Position numbers and translations under genes: made by a program. A stretch of DNA of 38,380 nucleotides from Candidatus Staskawiczbacteria bacterium (GTDB lineage Bacteria > Patescibacteriota > Minisyncoccia > Minisyncoccales > Staskawiczbacteraceae): assembly GCA_903885445.1 (NCBI GenBank), contig CAISIO010000029.1, positions 1-38,380 of the forward strand, written 5' to 3'. Positions 1-7,712 of this stretch are shown here, one piece after another. The notes under the pieces were generated by a model. That model made no database searches and was not told where the DNA came from. It worked only from the letters and a program-made list of their open reading frames with translations. Position 1 is the first letter of the stretch. The number at the start of each line of letters is the position of its first letter.

Positions 1-19
1 ATAAATTAAATAACATATT

Positions 20-2128
20 ATGGAAATGAATTACAAAAAAATAAGTTTTTTAATAATAATCATTGTTGCAGTTGTTCTATTAGGAGGCTTGGCTGTAAAT
101 CATTTCAAATATAATTTATCGTCATTTTTAACAGCATCATTAATACCTCCGCCTACGCAAATTAAAGATCAGCATATCACTGCTTTTGCGGTTTTCGCCG
201 GCGCAGCCATAAGCGATGCCACTCCTGCCTCTGGCTCTATAACCGGCGATGTCGGTTTGACGCCCACCGGCGGCACTGCTATCACCGGATTAACATGCGC
301 TGAAATGACAGGGGTTAGCAAAATATACGATAATAATGCCGGATATACGGGCAATCCTGCTGGCACAGCATGTTTAACAACCGATTCGGCCCTCCTAATT
401 ACAGCCAAGGGCGAACTAAGCGCGGCATATAACGATGCTAAAGGCCGAACAGGCGCCACCACAGTTACCGCCAATGCTACAGATTCTTTCGCTGGCATTG
501 GTACCGGCGTTGGCGGGTATACTTTAGCGCCCGGTGTCTATAAATCTGGCTCTTCAATGGGGGTTCCTGTATCGCTTACCCTTGATGGCGGTGGTAATAC
601 GAATGCAGTTTTTATATTCCAAACAGGCACTACGCTTAACACCGCAAACAGCAGCGTAATTAATTTGATTAATGGCACTCAGGCCTGCAATGTCTTCTGG
701 CAGGTTGGCAGTTCTGCGATACTTGGAACAGGTTCCGATTTCTCCGGAACTGTCATGGCCGCAGTTTCAATCACAGATGCCGGTGGCTCAACTGTTCACG
801 GAAGGCTGTTGGCCGATGCTGATAACACAGATGCCGATTCTACCGGTGCGGTCGCATTGAGCGGCACTCACGTTATTGTACCAACATGCGCGGATGCTCT
901 TGCTAATGGCGCTTGCGGAACCGCTGCTAAAAGTTATCTTTATACTGACGTAGCTTTTTCAGGAACAATGTGCGGCGATGGTAATGGAGTGACAACTCCT
1001 GCAAGCCCAGCCTTTCCAGCCGCCGGTAACTCAGTAACGTGGACATGCGCTGGAATTTATGGTGGAATTCCTTCCGGCACGTGTACGGCCTCAGCTGGTA
1101 GCGTGCCGCCCGCAACTCTCACTTTGGTTAAAACCATTATTGGCGGCGCTCAAACATTCGCAGATTTTCCATTAACAGCTACTGGGACAACTACCATCAC
1201 CGGTGTTTATCCTGCATCAGCTATTACTAATGCCATTGTTTCCGCCGGCACATATGCTCTTTCGGAAAAAACACAATCTGATTATACGGCAGGGGTATGG
1301 AGTTGTTTAAAAAACGACACTCCTCCAGCAGTTACTGGCGCTTCAATCGCACTCGCTTCTGGCGATAGCGCAATCTGTACTATTCAAAATACTTACTCGG
1401 GCGGTGGCGGAAACAGTTATCCCAAGACATTAGTGCCGCCGCTCATTGAGGTAGTAAAGGTGCCAAGTCCTTTGGCTTTGCCGAGTGGTCCTGGTCCTGT
1501 GACATATACGTATAAGCTTCGCAATATTGGAACGGTCCCGGTAAATAATATAACAATGGTTGATGACACTTGCGGGCCGGTAATTTTTGTTTCCGGTGAC
1601 ATGAATAGTGATTCAAGGCTGGACATGAATGAAACATGGACATACGATTGTTTTAAGACGCTTTCGGCAACCGACACAAACACCGTCGTCGCAACCGGAT
1701 GGGCTGATGGCGTAAGCGCGACCGATATAGCAACCGCCACAGTAGTTGTCGGTTCTCCTATAGTGCCTCCATTAATTCACGTGACAAAAGTTCCGAGTCC
1801 GTTGGCATTGCCTGCCGGAGGCGGAATGGTTACTTATACTAAAAAAGTTACCAATCCTGGAACAGTAGCGTTGAGCAATATCCAAATTGCCGATGATAAG
1901 TGTGGTGCTGTAAAATATGTTTCAGGAGACGCGAACAGTGATTCAAAGCTTGATCCCGCCGAAACATGGACATATTCATGCAGCGCGAATCTTACCAAAA
2001 CTACGACAAACACAGTCACTGTGAGCGGCCAAGCCAACGGTTTGACGGCTAGAGACTTTGCAATTGCTACTGTTATTGTGGCTACGCCTAAGTTACCAAA
2101 TACGGGTTTTGCTCCTAGCGTTAAATAG
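20..2128 (+). CDS. Surface protein: N-terminal TM, ice-binding-like (DUF3494) domain, Cys-rich module, two Ig-like repeats, C-terminal LPNTG
   Basis: DUF3494-type motifs TLAPGVY, AVFIFQ, NVFWQVGSSA; duplicated VPPLIxVxKVPSPLALP units; ends in KLPNTGFAPSVK; sortase gene adjacent. Confidence 0.85.
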   Translation: MEMNYKKISFLIIIIVAVVLLGGLAVNHFKYNLSSFLTASLIPPPTQIKDQHITAFAVFAGAAISDATPASGSITGDVGLTPTGGTAITGLTCAEMTGVSKIYDNNAGYTGNPAGTACLTTDSALLITAKGELSAAYNDAKGRTGATTVTANATDSFAGIGTGVGGYTLAPGVYKSGSSMGVPVSLTLDGGGNTNAVFIFQTGTTLNTANSSVINLINGTQACNVFWQVGSSAILGTGSDFSGTVMAAVSITDAGGSTVHGRLLADADNTDADSTGAVALSGTHVIVPTCADALANGACGTAAKSYLYTDVAFSGTMCGDGNGVTTPASPAFPAAGNSVTWTCAGIYGGIPSGTCTASAGSVPPATLTLVKTIIGGAQTFADFPLTATGTTTITGVYPASAITNAIVSAGTYALSEKTQSDYTAGVWSCLKNDTPPAVTGASIALASGDSAICTIQNTYSGGGGNSYPKTLVPPLIEVVKVPSPLALPSGPGPVTYTYKLRNIGTVPVNNITMVDDTCGPVIFVSGDMNSDSRLDMNETWTYDCFKTLSATDTNTVVATGWADGVSATDIATATVVVGSPIVPPLIHVTKVPSPLALPAGGGMVTYTKKVTNPGTVALSNIQIADDKCGAVKYVSGDANSDSKLDPAETWTYSCSANLTKTTTNTVTVSGQANGLTARDFAIATVIVATPKLPNTGFAPSVK
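1433..2085 (+). repeat. Two tandem ~110-aa domain repeats in the ice-binding protein
   Basis: Units start at 1433 and 1763 (330-nt spacing) and share VPPLI..KVPSPLALP..VTYT..DDxCG..DSxLD..ETWTYxC..TNTV. Confidence 0.85.
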
Positions 2129-2136
2129 CATCTAAA

Positions 2137-2787
2137 ATGTTATCAAAACAAACATTGTTGGTAACTCTTTTTATAGGATGCGCGTTTTGTATAACAGCTA
2201 TTTTATTTTTGTTTTTTAATTTATTCGGTAATTTTAATGTAAAATTAGTATCGCATGCAGACAGTAAAGCTCCACAAAATTTGGTTAACAACAAGCCGGT
2301 AGAGTTTATCAAAAGCGTCTCTTCGTCAGTACAAGCGAGCTCAGGAATTCCAATTCGCCTCAAGATTCCAAATATTAGCGTTGATGCGCCGATAGATTCG
2401 GTGGGCGTTACATCCGGCGGAGCAGTCGGCGTGCCAAATGGCCCCACTAATGTAGCATGGTTTAATCTTGGACCGCGTCCTGGAGATAATGGCAGCGCTG
2501 TTATCACCGGACATTATGGCCATTGGAAAAATGGCGGAGGGTCGGTATTTGATGATTTAAATAAATTAAAACCAGGCGACAAAATAAATGTTGAATATAT
2601 ACAAGGAGTGACTGTCACTTTTGTGGTGCGAGAATTGCGTACGTATGGCCAGAATGAATATGCTCCGGAAGTATTTGGCTCGGGCGATGGAAAAGCGCAT
2701 CTTAACCTCATTACTTGCGAAGGAACCTGGATTGTGGCTCAAAAAACTTACTCCAACAGGCTCGTGGTATTTACTGATAAAGAATAA
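2137..2787 (+). CDS. Class F sortase
   Basis: N-terminal TM; PIRLKIP, PGDNGSAVITGH (His), LITC (Cys), NRLVV (Arg). Confidence 0.9.
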   Translation: MLSKQTLLVTLFIGCAFCITAILFLFFNLFGNFNVKLVSHADSKAPQNLVNNKPVEFIKSVSSSVQASSGIPIRLKIPNISVDAPIDSVGVTSGGAVGVPNGPTNVAWFNLGPRPGDNGSAVITGHYGHWKNGGGSVFDDLNKLKPGDKINVEYIQGVTVTFVVRELRTYGQNEYAPEVFGSGDGKAHLNLITCEGTWIVAQKTYSNRLVVFTDKE

Positions 2788-2857
2788 ATAAAGTTAGACT
2801 AAACTATGCCAGTTAATACTGGCATTTTAGTTAAATTTGGGATATAAATAATAAAGA

Positions 2858-3187
2858 ATGCTGAATAAAAACAGTAAGAGTTTGGTTTTTTCTAAAGTCT
2901 CTGTAAACGAGCTGATTCTTTTTTGCGTACATTCTGTAATTTCTAATTCCGAGCAATGCAGTTTTGAAAGATTAGTGAAGGAATGTTTTACGCTATTTCC
3001 CGACACGCTTAGGTTCGCACGATATCCTATTTGGCCAGACTCGCGCAAGTTAGACAGGCCATTGAGGGCGCTTCGCAACGAAAAACTGATAATTGGCGAC
3101 CCAAAAACATATTTTATTCTTACGAGGACAGGAGAAGAAAAAGCAACGGCGGTTTCAAAATCATTAAGGCAGGGGAAATTGTTATGA
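2858..3187 (+). CDS. Hypothetical protein, possibly winged-helix
   Basis: 109-aa ORF; its stop overlaps the mltG ATG (ATGA); LTxxG near the C-terminus is reminiscent of a wHTH wing. Confidence 0.6.
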   Translation: MLNKNSKSLVFSKVSVNELILFCVHSVISNSEQCSFERLVKECFTLFPDTLRFARYPIWPDSRKLDRPLRALRNEKLIIGDPKTYFILTRTGEEKATAVSKSLRQGKLL

Positions 3188-4245
3188 TAAGAAATAATTT
3201 TTTTAAAAATAAAAACTATTCTGCGGTACCGCTAAAATCTTTAAAAAAGGTTTCATCACTTATTGGGATTGTTTTTTTGTTGCTGGTTTCATATATTTTT
3301 TTCCAGGTTTATGTTCCGGCAGATCCAGCCTCTCACGAGACAGTAACTTTTACCGCGCAAAAGGGATTGGGAGACGATGAAATAGGAAATAGCTTGCAGA
3401 AAATGGGAATAATCAGAAGCAGTTATTTTTTTAAGTTTTATGTGATACTGTCTTTGAGGCATTCCAGCCTGAAAGCAGGGGATTATATCGTTTCTCCGAA
3501 AATGTCCATCTATGAAATCGCAAATGAAATATCTCAAGGAAATGTAATTAAAGATAAAATTGTTGTTTATGAAGGTTGGGATATAAATGATATAGGCAAG
3601 TATTTGGAGTCGCGCGATATTTGCACGGAGGCTGATTTTGTCAAAGCCGCAAGTAAAGATTACAGCAGTAATTTTGATTTTTTGAAAGACCTGCCTCGCG
3701 ATAGGGCGGGCAAGCCAAGCGCCAGTTTGGAGGGATATCTTTTCCCCGATACCTACGAGATTTCAAAAGGCGAAACCTGCGACGGCTTTGTACTGATGAT
3801 GCTGGAAAATTTTGACAAAAAGTTAACTCCTGACTTGCGCGCTGAAATTACAAGACAAAAAAAATCAATTTTTGACGTGGTAACGATGGCTTCGCTGATA
3901 GAAAAAGAAGTCAGGACTTTGAGCGACAAAAAAATAGTTTCGGGAATTTTGTGGAAACGATTATTAATTGGCATGGCGTTGCAATTAGACTCAACGATAA
4001 ATTATATTACAAACGGAAATGATCCGTCGGTTTCAATTAAAAACACAAAAATCGATTCGCCATATAATACCTATAAATATCCGGGTTTGCCAAAAGGTCC
4101 AATTTCGAACTCGGGAATTGATTCTATAAACGCCGCAATTTATCCGACAGCAACTAAATATTGGTTTTATCTTTCCGACGGCAAAACTTATTTCAGCGAA
4201 ACTTTAGATCAGCACAACGCCGCCAAAGCCAAATACCTGGATTAG
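3184..4245 (+). CDS. mltG: Endolytic transglycosylase MltG
   Basis: LEGYLFPDTY, ASLIEKE, SPYNTYKYPGLPKGPI motifs; N-terminal TM; ATG 3184 preferred over the TTG at 3031. Confidence 0.93.
   Translation: MIRNNFFKNKNYSAVPLKSLKKVSSLIGIVFLLLVSYIFFQVYVPADPASHETVTFTAQKGLGDDEIGNSLQKMGIIRSSYFFKFYVILSLRHSSLKAGDYIVSPKMSIYEIANEISQGNVIKDKIVVYEGWDINDIGKYLESRDICTEADFVKAASKDYSSNFDFLKDLPRDRAGKPSASLEGYLFPDTYEISKGETCDGFVLMMLENFDKKLTPDLRAEITRQKKSIFDVVTMASLIEKEVRTLSDKKIVSGILWKRLLIGMALQLDSTINYITNGNDPSVSIKNTKIDSPYNTYKYPGLPKGPISNSGIDSINAAIYPTATKYWFYLSDGKTYFSETLDQHNAAKAKYLD
3690..3710. repeat. 21-nt palindromic in-frame insertion in mltG
   Basis: CCTGCCTCGCGATAGGGCGGG, 7-bp stem with G-U pairs; its removal turns KDLPRDRAGKP into KDKP. 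Confidence 0.65.
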
Positions 4246-4254
4246 TCGAGGCTA

Positions 4255-4283
4255 TTGACATATAGGGGAAGATAGATTAAGAT
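4255..4283 (+). promoter_or_regulatory. Sigma70 promoter of rplJL
   Basis: TTGACA (4255-4260), 17 nt, TAAGAT (4278-4283). Confidence 0.75.
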
Positions 4284-4298
4284 AATAACATAATTAAT

Positions 4299-4398
4299 AA
4301 TCCGCAGACAGCAGGTGGCGAGAGCCGTAATTCCTGCCGAGGATAAACATATTTTTAAGTGTTTATTTTCATCTGCGTAAAGGCAGATTTTTATTTTT
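4299..4398 (+). ncRNA. Ribosomal protein L10 leader with an attenuator-like hairpin
   Basis: ATCC-GCAGACAGCAGG...CCTGCCGA-GGAT matches the L10 leader pattern; then ATCTGC..GCAGAT followed by a T-rich run just before the rplJ ATG. Confidence 0.8.
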
Positions 4399-4896
4399 AT
4401 GGCACTAACAAAAGCGCAGAAAACAAAGCAAATAGACAGCGTAAAAGAAAAGATTGCGAAACAGAAATCGGTGATTTTTGTTGATTTCGCAAAGGTTCCG
4501 TCAAAGGATATGTTCAGCTTGAGAAAAACTTTGAAGGAAGGAGGGTGCAATTTAAAGGTCGCTAAGAAGACATTGGTAAGAATCGCCTTTGGTCAGTCCG
4601 GAGTTACTTTCTGGAACAAAATGAAAGCGGTAATCCCAGGACAATTGGCGTTGGTTTTTGGAATTGAGGACGAAATTGCTCCAGCAAGAATCGCCAATGA
4701 TTTCGCCAAAAAGCAGGAGAATTTGAAGATTTTGGGAGGAATTTTTGAGAACAGGTTTATTGAAAAGGCTAAAGTATTGGAATTGGCCAGCATACCGCCA
4801 AGGAATATATTGCTGGGAAGATTGGTTGGTTCTATATACAGTCCGGTATCAAGTTTTGTGAGAGTTTTAAATAAAATATCAGAAAAAAATAATTAA
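4399..4896 (+). CDS. rplJ: 50S ribosomal protein L10
   Basis: KVAKKTL motif, ILGGIFE, LASIP; L10 leader upstream and rplL downstream. Confidence 0.95.
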   Translation: MALTKAQKTKQIDSVKEKIAKQKSVIFVDFAKVPSKDMFSLRKTLKEGGCNLKVAKKTLVRIAFGQSGVTFWNKMKAVIPGQLALVFGIEDEIAPARIANDFAKKQENLKILGGIFENRFIEKAKVLELASIPPRNILLGRLVGSIYSPVSSFVRVLNKISEKNN

Positions 4897-4911
4897 TTAT
4901 CGCTCGGCAAC

Positions 4912-4984
4912 AAACTTTTTTCCGGCTGTTGGTAGCCCCCTTTGTCTCTTCGGAGACAAGTGGACCAAGGCCTACAAAAAGTTT
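4912..4984 (+). other. Structured intergenic element between rplJ and rplL
   Basis: Outer perfect pair AAACTTTTT/AAAAAGTTT; inner TTGTCTC-TTCG-GAGACAA hairpin. Confidence 0.55.
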
Positions 4985-5008
4985 ATTACCTCGCTTAAAT
5001 AAAACAAT

Positions 5009-5410
5009 ATGACAGAAGAAACAAAAGTAGAAGTTCCAGCTAAATTTGAAAAAATGGTAGCTGAAATAGAAAAAATGCCAGTTGTAGAATTGGCAGAATT
5101 AGTGAAAGTTTTGGAGGCTAAATTCGGCGTTTCAGCAGCAGCTCCAGTGGCAGTTGCAGCAGCGGCAGCCGGACCGGTTGAGGAAAAGACATCTTTCAAT
5201 GTTGAGTTGAAAGAAGTCGGAGCTCAGAAAATTGAAGTCATCAAAGTTGTCAGAGATGTGACTGCAAAAGGATTGAAAGAATCAAAAGACTTGGTTGACG
5301 CCGCCGCAGCAGGAACAGCCCAGATGGTAAAAGAAGGAGTCAAGAAAGAAGAAGCAGCTGAAATTCAAAAGAAATTTACAGCAGCCGGAGCCAAAGTAGA
5401 AATCAAATAA
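5009..5410 (+). CDS. rplL: 50S ribosomal protein L7/L12
   Basis: [45 protein letters not shown]. Confidence 0.97.
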   Translation: MTEETKVEVPAKFEKMVAEIEKMPVVELAELVKVLEAKFGVSAAAPVAVAAAAAGPVEEKTSFNVELKEVGAQKIEVIKVVRDVTAKGLKESKDLVDAAAAGTAQMVKEGVKKEEAAEIQKKFTAAGAKVEIK

Positions 5411-5420
5411 ATCTTTTTAA

Positions 5421-5458
5421 CAAAAGCAGGGGATTGAACCCCTGTTTTTGTTTGTTTT
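5421..5458 (+). terminator. Intrinsic terminator after rplL
   Basis: CAAAAGCAGGGG-ATTGAA-CCCCTGTTTTTG followed by a T-rich tail. Confidence 0.8.
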
Positions 5459-5464
5459 AAATTA

Positions 5465-5493
5465 TTGACATAAATATTTTGTTATGCCATACT
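5465..5493 (+). promoter_or_regulatory. Sigma70 promoter of the GC-rich ORFan
   Basis: TTGACA, 17 nt, CATACT preceded by TGn. Confidence 0.6.
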
Positions 5494-5584
5494 AATTTTA
5501 GTTTGAACGTTGAGTCTGATGGCTGTATAAATGTGTCGCAAGGCGCGCCACACAGCTGTTGCCATATGGGATGGGAGATGAATC

Positions 5585-6394
5585 ATGAAGTATGTAGCGA
5601 TTGTTTTGGCGTCGGTGGCGATTGCCGGGTACTGCGGGTACGTCGCGGGTAAGCTCGATAGGATTTCTTCCCAACTAGAGCCCGTTCCCAAACCTGCTTT
5701 AGCAGCTCCGGCGAGCGCGCCGGCGGCATCGCAGCCGAATGCGAGTGTTTGTGTCGATTTCACACGGTCGAAAACCGTCGACCTCTCGGCGGGCGCGTTG
5801 GACGAAAGCACACTGTCGAGAATTCGAGACGAGGACAAACAAAATGTCGGCGGTGTGCTGAAGAATCGCTTGTCAGTTTTTCAAACGTCCAAAGGTTTTT
5901 TTCGGGTCGTTCTATGTTTCGGCCGGCAATCAATCGACCCGAATTCGGCAAGTGACGGCAAGGGTGTTATGTACGCTACGCTCCAACTGCCTAGCGGCAA
6001 ATGGACGGCTGACACCCTGGACATCGTTGGTGTATCTACATCTGCCGATGATGGCTACCTTATTTGCCGGTTTGGCGTTTATCAGCTAGTGGGCGCCGAT
6101 AAACTCATCAGGATAGTTTCATTCGCGGACAACGGCTCGCGAGGAGCGCCGATGATTCGGCGTGGAAGCCCCTGGGCGAATCGGTACTGGGAGGTCTCAA
6201 AGTCCGACTCATCGGGCTTTGGTGGATTTCTGGAATGTGCCAACGGGGTTTGGCTATTCCGTCGCTACAATGGAATCCGCAAGGGCTGGGTGGACAAGTT
6301 TCTCCCTGACGGAGATAAACGCGTGATTTTCCTTTCCGAGGGACTCCACCCGATCGAGTTTTACCCTGAGATTGGGGAGTTCACCGATTTGTGA
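5585..6394 (+). CDS. GC-rich hypothetical membrane-anchored or exported protein
   Basis: 269 aa; N-terminal hydrophobic helix, Pro/Ala linker; GGGAG upstream; GC far above the flanks (39/60 at 5701-5760). Confidence 0.7.
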   Translation: MKYVAIVLASVAIAGYCGYVAGKLDRISSQLEPVPKPALAAPASAPAASQPNASVCVDFTRSKTVDLSAGALDESTLSRIRDEDKQNVGGVLKNRLSVFQTSKGFFRVVLCFGRQSIDPNSASDGKGVMYATLQLPSGKWTADTLDIVGVSTSADDGYLICRFGVYQLVGADKLIRIVSFADNGSRGAPMIRRGSPWANRYWEVSKSDSSGFGGFLECANGVWLFRRYNGIRKGWVDKFLPDGDKRVIFLSEGLHPIEFYPEIGEFTDL

Positions 6395-6410
6395 GCTATG
6401 CATGCGTTAA

Positions 6411-6461
6411 GGCGTTGGCGGAGCGAGAGTAAAATCTCGTTCTGCCAACGCTGTTTTTTTT
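6411..6461 (+). terminator. Long GC-rich intrinsic terminator
   Basis: GGCGTTGGCGGAGCGAGA-GTAAAA-TCTCGTTCTGCCAACGCT, then G and T8. Confidence 0.8.
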
Positions 6462-6497
6462 GCGAAAAAGTGGTAAAATCTTTAAATGGGTATAAGC

Positions 6498-6569
6498 GGG
6501 CAGTTAGCTCAGTGGTAGAGCGTTCCGTTCACATCGGAAAGGCCATAGGTTCGAATCCTATACCGCCCA
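6498..6569 (+). tRNA. tRNA-Val(CAC)
   Basis: Cloverleaf: GGGCAGT/ACCGCCC acceptor (one A-C mismatch), GCTC/GAGC D arm, TTCCG-TTCACAT-CGGAA, ATAGG-TTCGAAT-CCTAT; CCA not encoded. Confidence 0.93.
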
Positions 6570-6585
6570 CATTTATTATAAAATT

Positions 6586-6930
6586 ATGAACTGGAAGAGT
6601 AATTTTAAAGAAGGTAGGGAATTATTTTTAGCAACATCTTCTAAAGATGGCGTCCCTCATGCCAATATAGTTATCTCTTGTGGCTTTGCCGATGATAAAT
6701 TATTGGTTGCGGATTGCCAGATGGTAACAACTGTAAAAAATCTTAAAGAGAATCCGAATATTTGTTTAGTTGGAGGGCACATCAGGTTGAAAGGATTTGT
6801 TGATATTTTTTCTTCGGGCGAGTATTTTGAGGCGTGTGTTAGGAAATCTAAGGGGTATAACGTTAGGCACGCGATAGTTGTTGATGTAGAAGAAGTTTTT
6901 GATTTAAATAAAGTTACTGTGATAAATTAA
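6586..6930 (+). CDS. Pyridoxamine 5'-phosphate oxidase-family (FMN split-barrel) protein
   Basis: LATSSKDGVPH and TVKNLKENPNICL motifs. Confidence 0.8.
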   Translation: MNWKSNFKEGRELFLATSSKDGVPHANIVISCGFADDKLLVADCQMVTTVKNLKENPNICLVGGHIRLKGFVDIFSSGEYFEACVRKSKGYNVRHAIVVDVEEVFDLNKVTVIN

Positions 6931-7322
6931 TGAGCGGTAATTTTAGAAAACTAGTTTGGACTGAGCACTCTCAGATAAAAATGAGACAGTACGGGCTTTC
7001 AAAACAGAAACTTTTAGGAATACTTTCAAAGCCCGAACGGAAAGAGCAGGGGATTGCGCCTGGCACAACCGCGGTAATGAGGACTAATAAGGTCTTCTTT
7101 AATGCAAAACAAGTAACTCTAAAAACCGCCTGGCAAAAGCCGAAAAAAGCTCCAGGGGAAATTTGGATAATGTATAAAGACGTTAAAAACTCTGCTAAAT
7201 ACAGCGAGCAGGTAAGAAGAATTATCAGCGCCTGGCGTTATCCGGGCATTTCAAAGCCTGGCGAAGCCATCCCTGTCCCAGACGATATTAAAATCTTTCT
7301 GGAAAGTGGTATAATGGATTAA
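6930..7322 (+). CDS. Hypothetical protein, DUF4258/RelE-BrnT-like fold possible
   Basis: WTEHSQIKMRQYGLS N-terminus and IISAWRYPG; translationally coupled on both sides. Confidence 0.6.
   Translation: MSGNFRKLVWTEHSQIKMRQYGLSKQKLLGILSKPERKEQGIAPGTTAVMRTNKVFFNAKQVTLKTAWQKPKKAPGEIWIMYKDVKNSAKYSEQVRRIISAWRYPGISKPGEAIPVPDDIKIFLESGIMD
7307..7322 (+). promoter_or_regulatory. Extended -10 promoter, likely leaderless
   Basis: TGG-TATAAT, then 6 nt, then ATG 7322. Confidence 0.55.
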
Positions 7323-7711
7323 TGGAAAATAACGCCAGGCAAAACACGTTGTCTCTTTGGTTTTTTTGGCAATTTTACGGGATGCCGAGTTTTTTGCTTG
7401 GAGTCTGGAAAAACTATATTTTGTTCGCCCTCAATTATTTTTCCTTGCCGGTTTTGTTAAAATCACTTTTTGCGCCATGGCGCAAATATAAATGGAGCTA
7501 TCCTAAAGGGATTCGTGTCACAGAGTTTTTCAGCACGCTTATTTCAAACGTATTTTCCCGGCTGATGGGGGCGCTAGTAAGGATTGTTTTAATTGCGGCT
7601 GGAATTGTATTCCAAGTTTTCGTTATTTTTGCGGGATTAATAATTTTTCTGCTGTGGCTGGCAGTACCGTTTATTATTATAGCCGGAATTTTATTTGTTT
7701 TTTTCTACTAA
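7322..7711 (+). CDS. Hypothetical membrane protein
   Basis: LFAPWRK motif and long hydrophobic C-terminus; stop lies 1 nt before the Clp-like ATPase start. Confidence 0.75.
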   Translation: MENNARQNTLSLWFFWQFYGMPSFLLGVWKNYILFALNYFSLPVLLKSLFAPWRKYKWSYPKGIRVTEFFSTLISNVFSRLMGALVRIVLIAAGIVFQVFVIFAGLIIFLLWLAVPFIIIAGILFVFFY

Positions 7712-7712
7712 G

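Noticed and set aside
2126-2137. Readthrough or frameshift fusing the LPNTG protein to the sortase TM
   Set aside because: The frames differ, both contain nearby stops, and no slippery site is evident
3031-3183. Extended N-terminus of mltG from TTG 3031
   Set aside because: Overlaps the upstream gene by about 150 nt; ATG 3184 gives a typical ATGA coupling
6498-6569. tRNA-Val as a pseudogene or an integration site
   Set aside because: A single A-C acceptor mismatch is tolerable; no duplicated tRNA 3' end or integrase was seen
6398-6589. 63-aa ORF
   Set aside because: Overlaps a terminator and tRNA-Val; spurious
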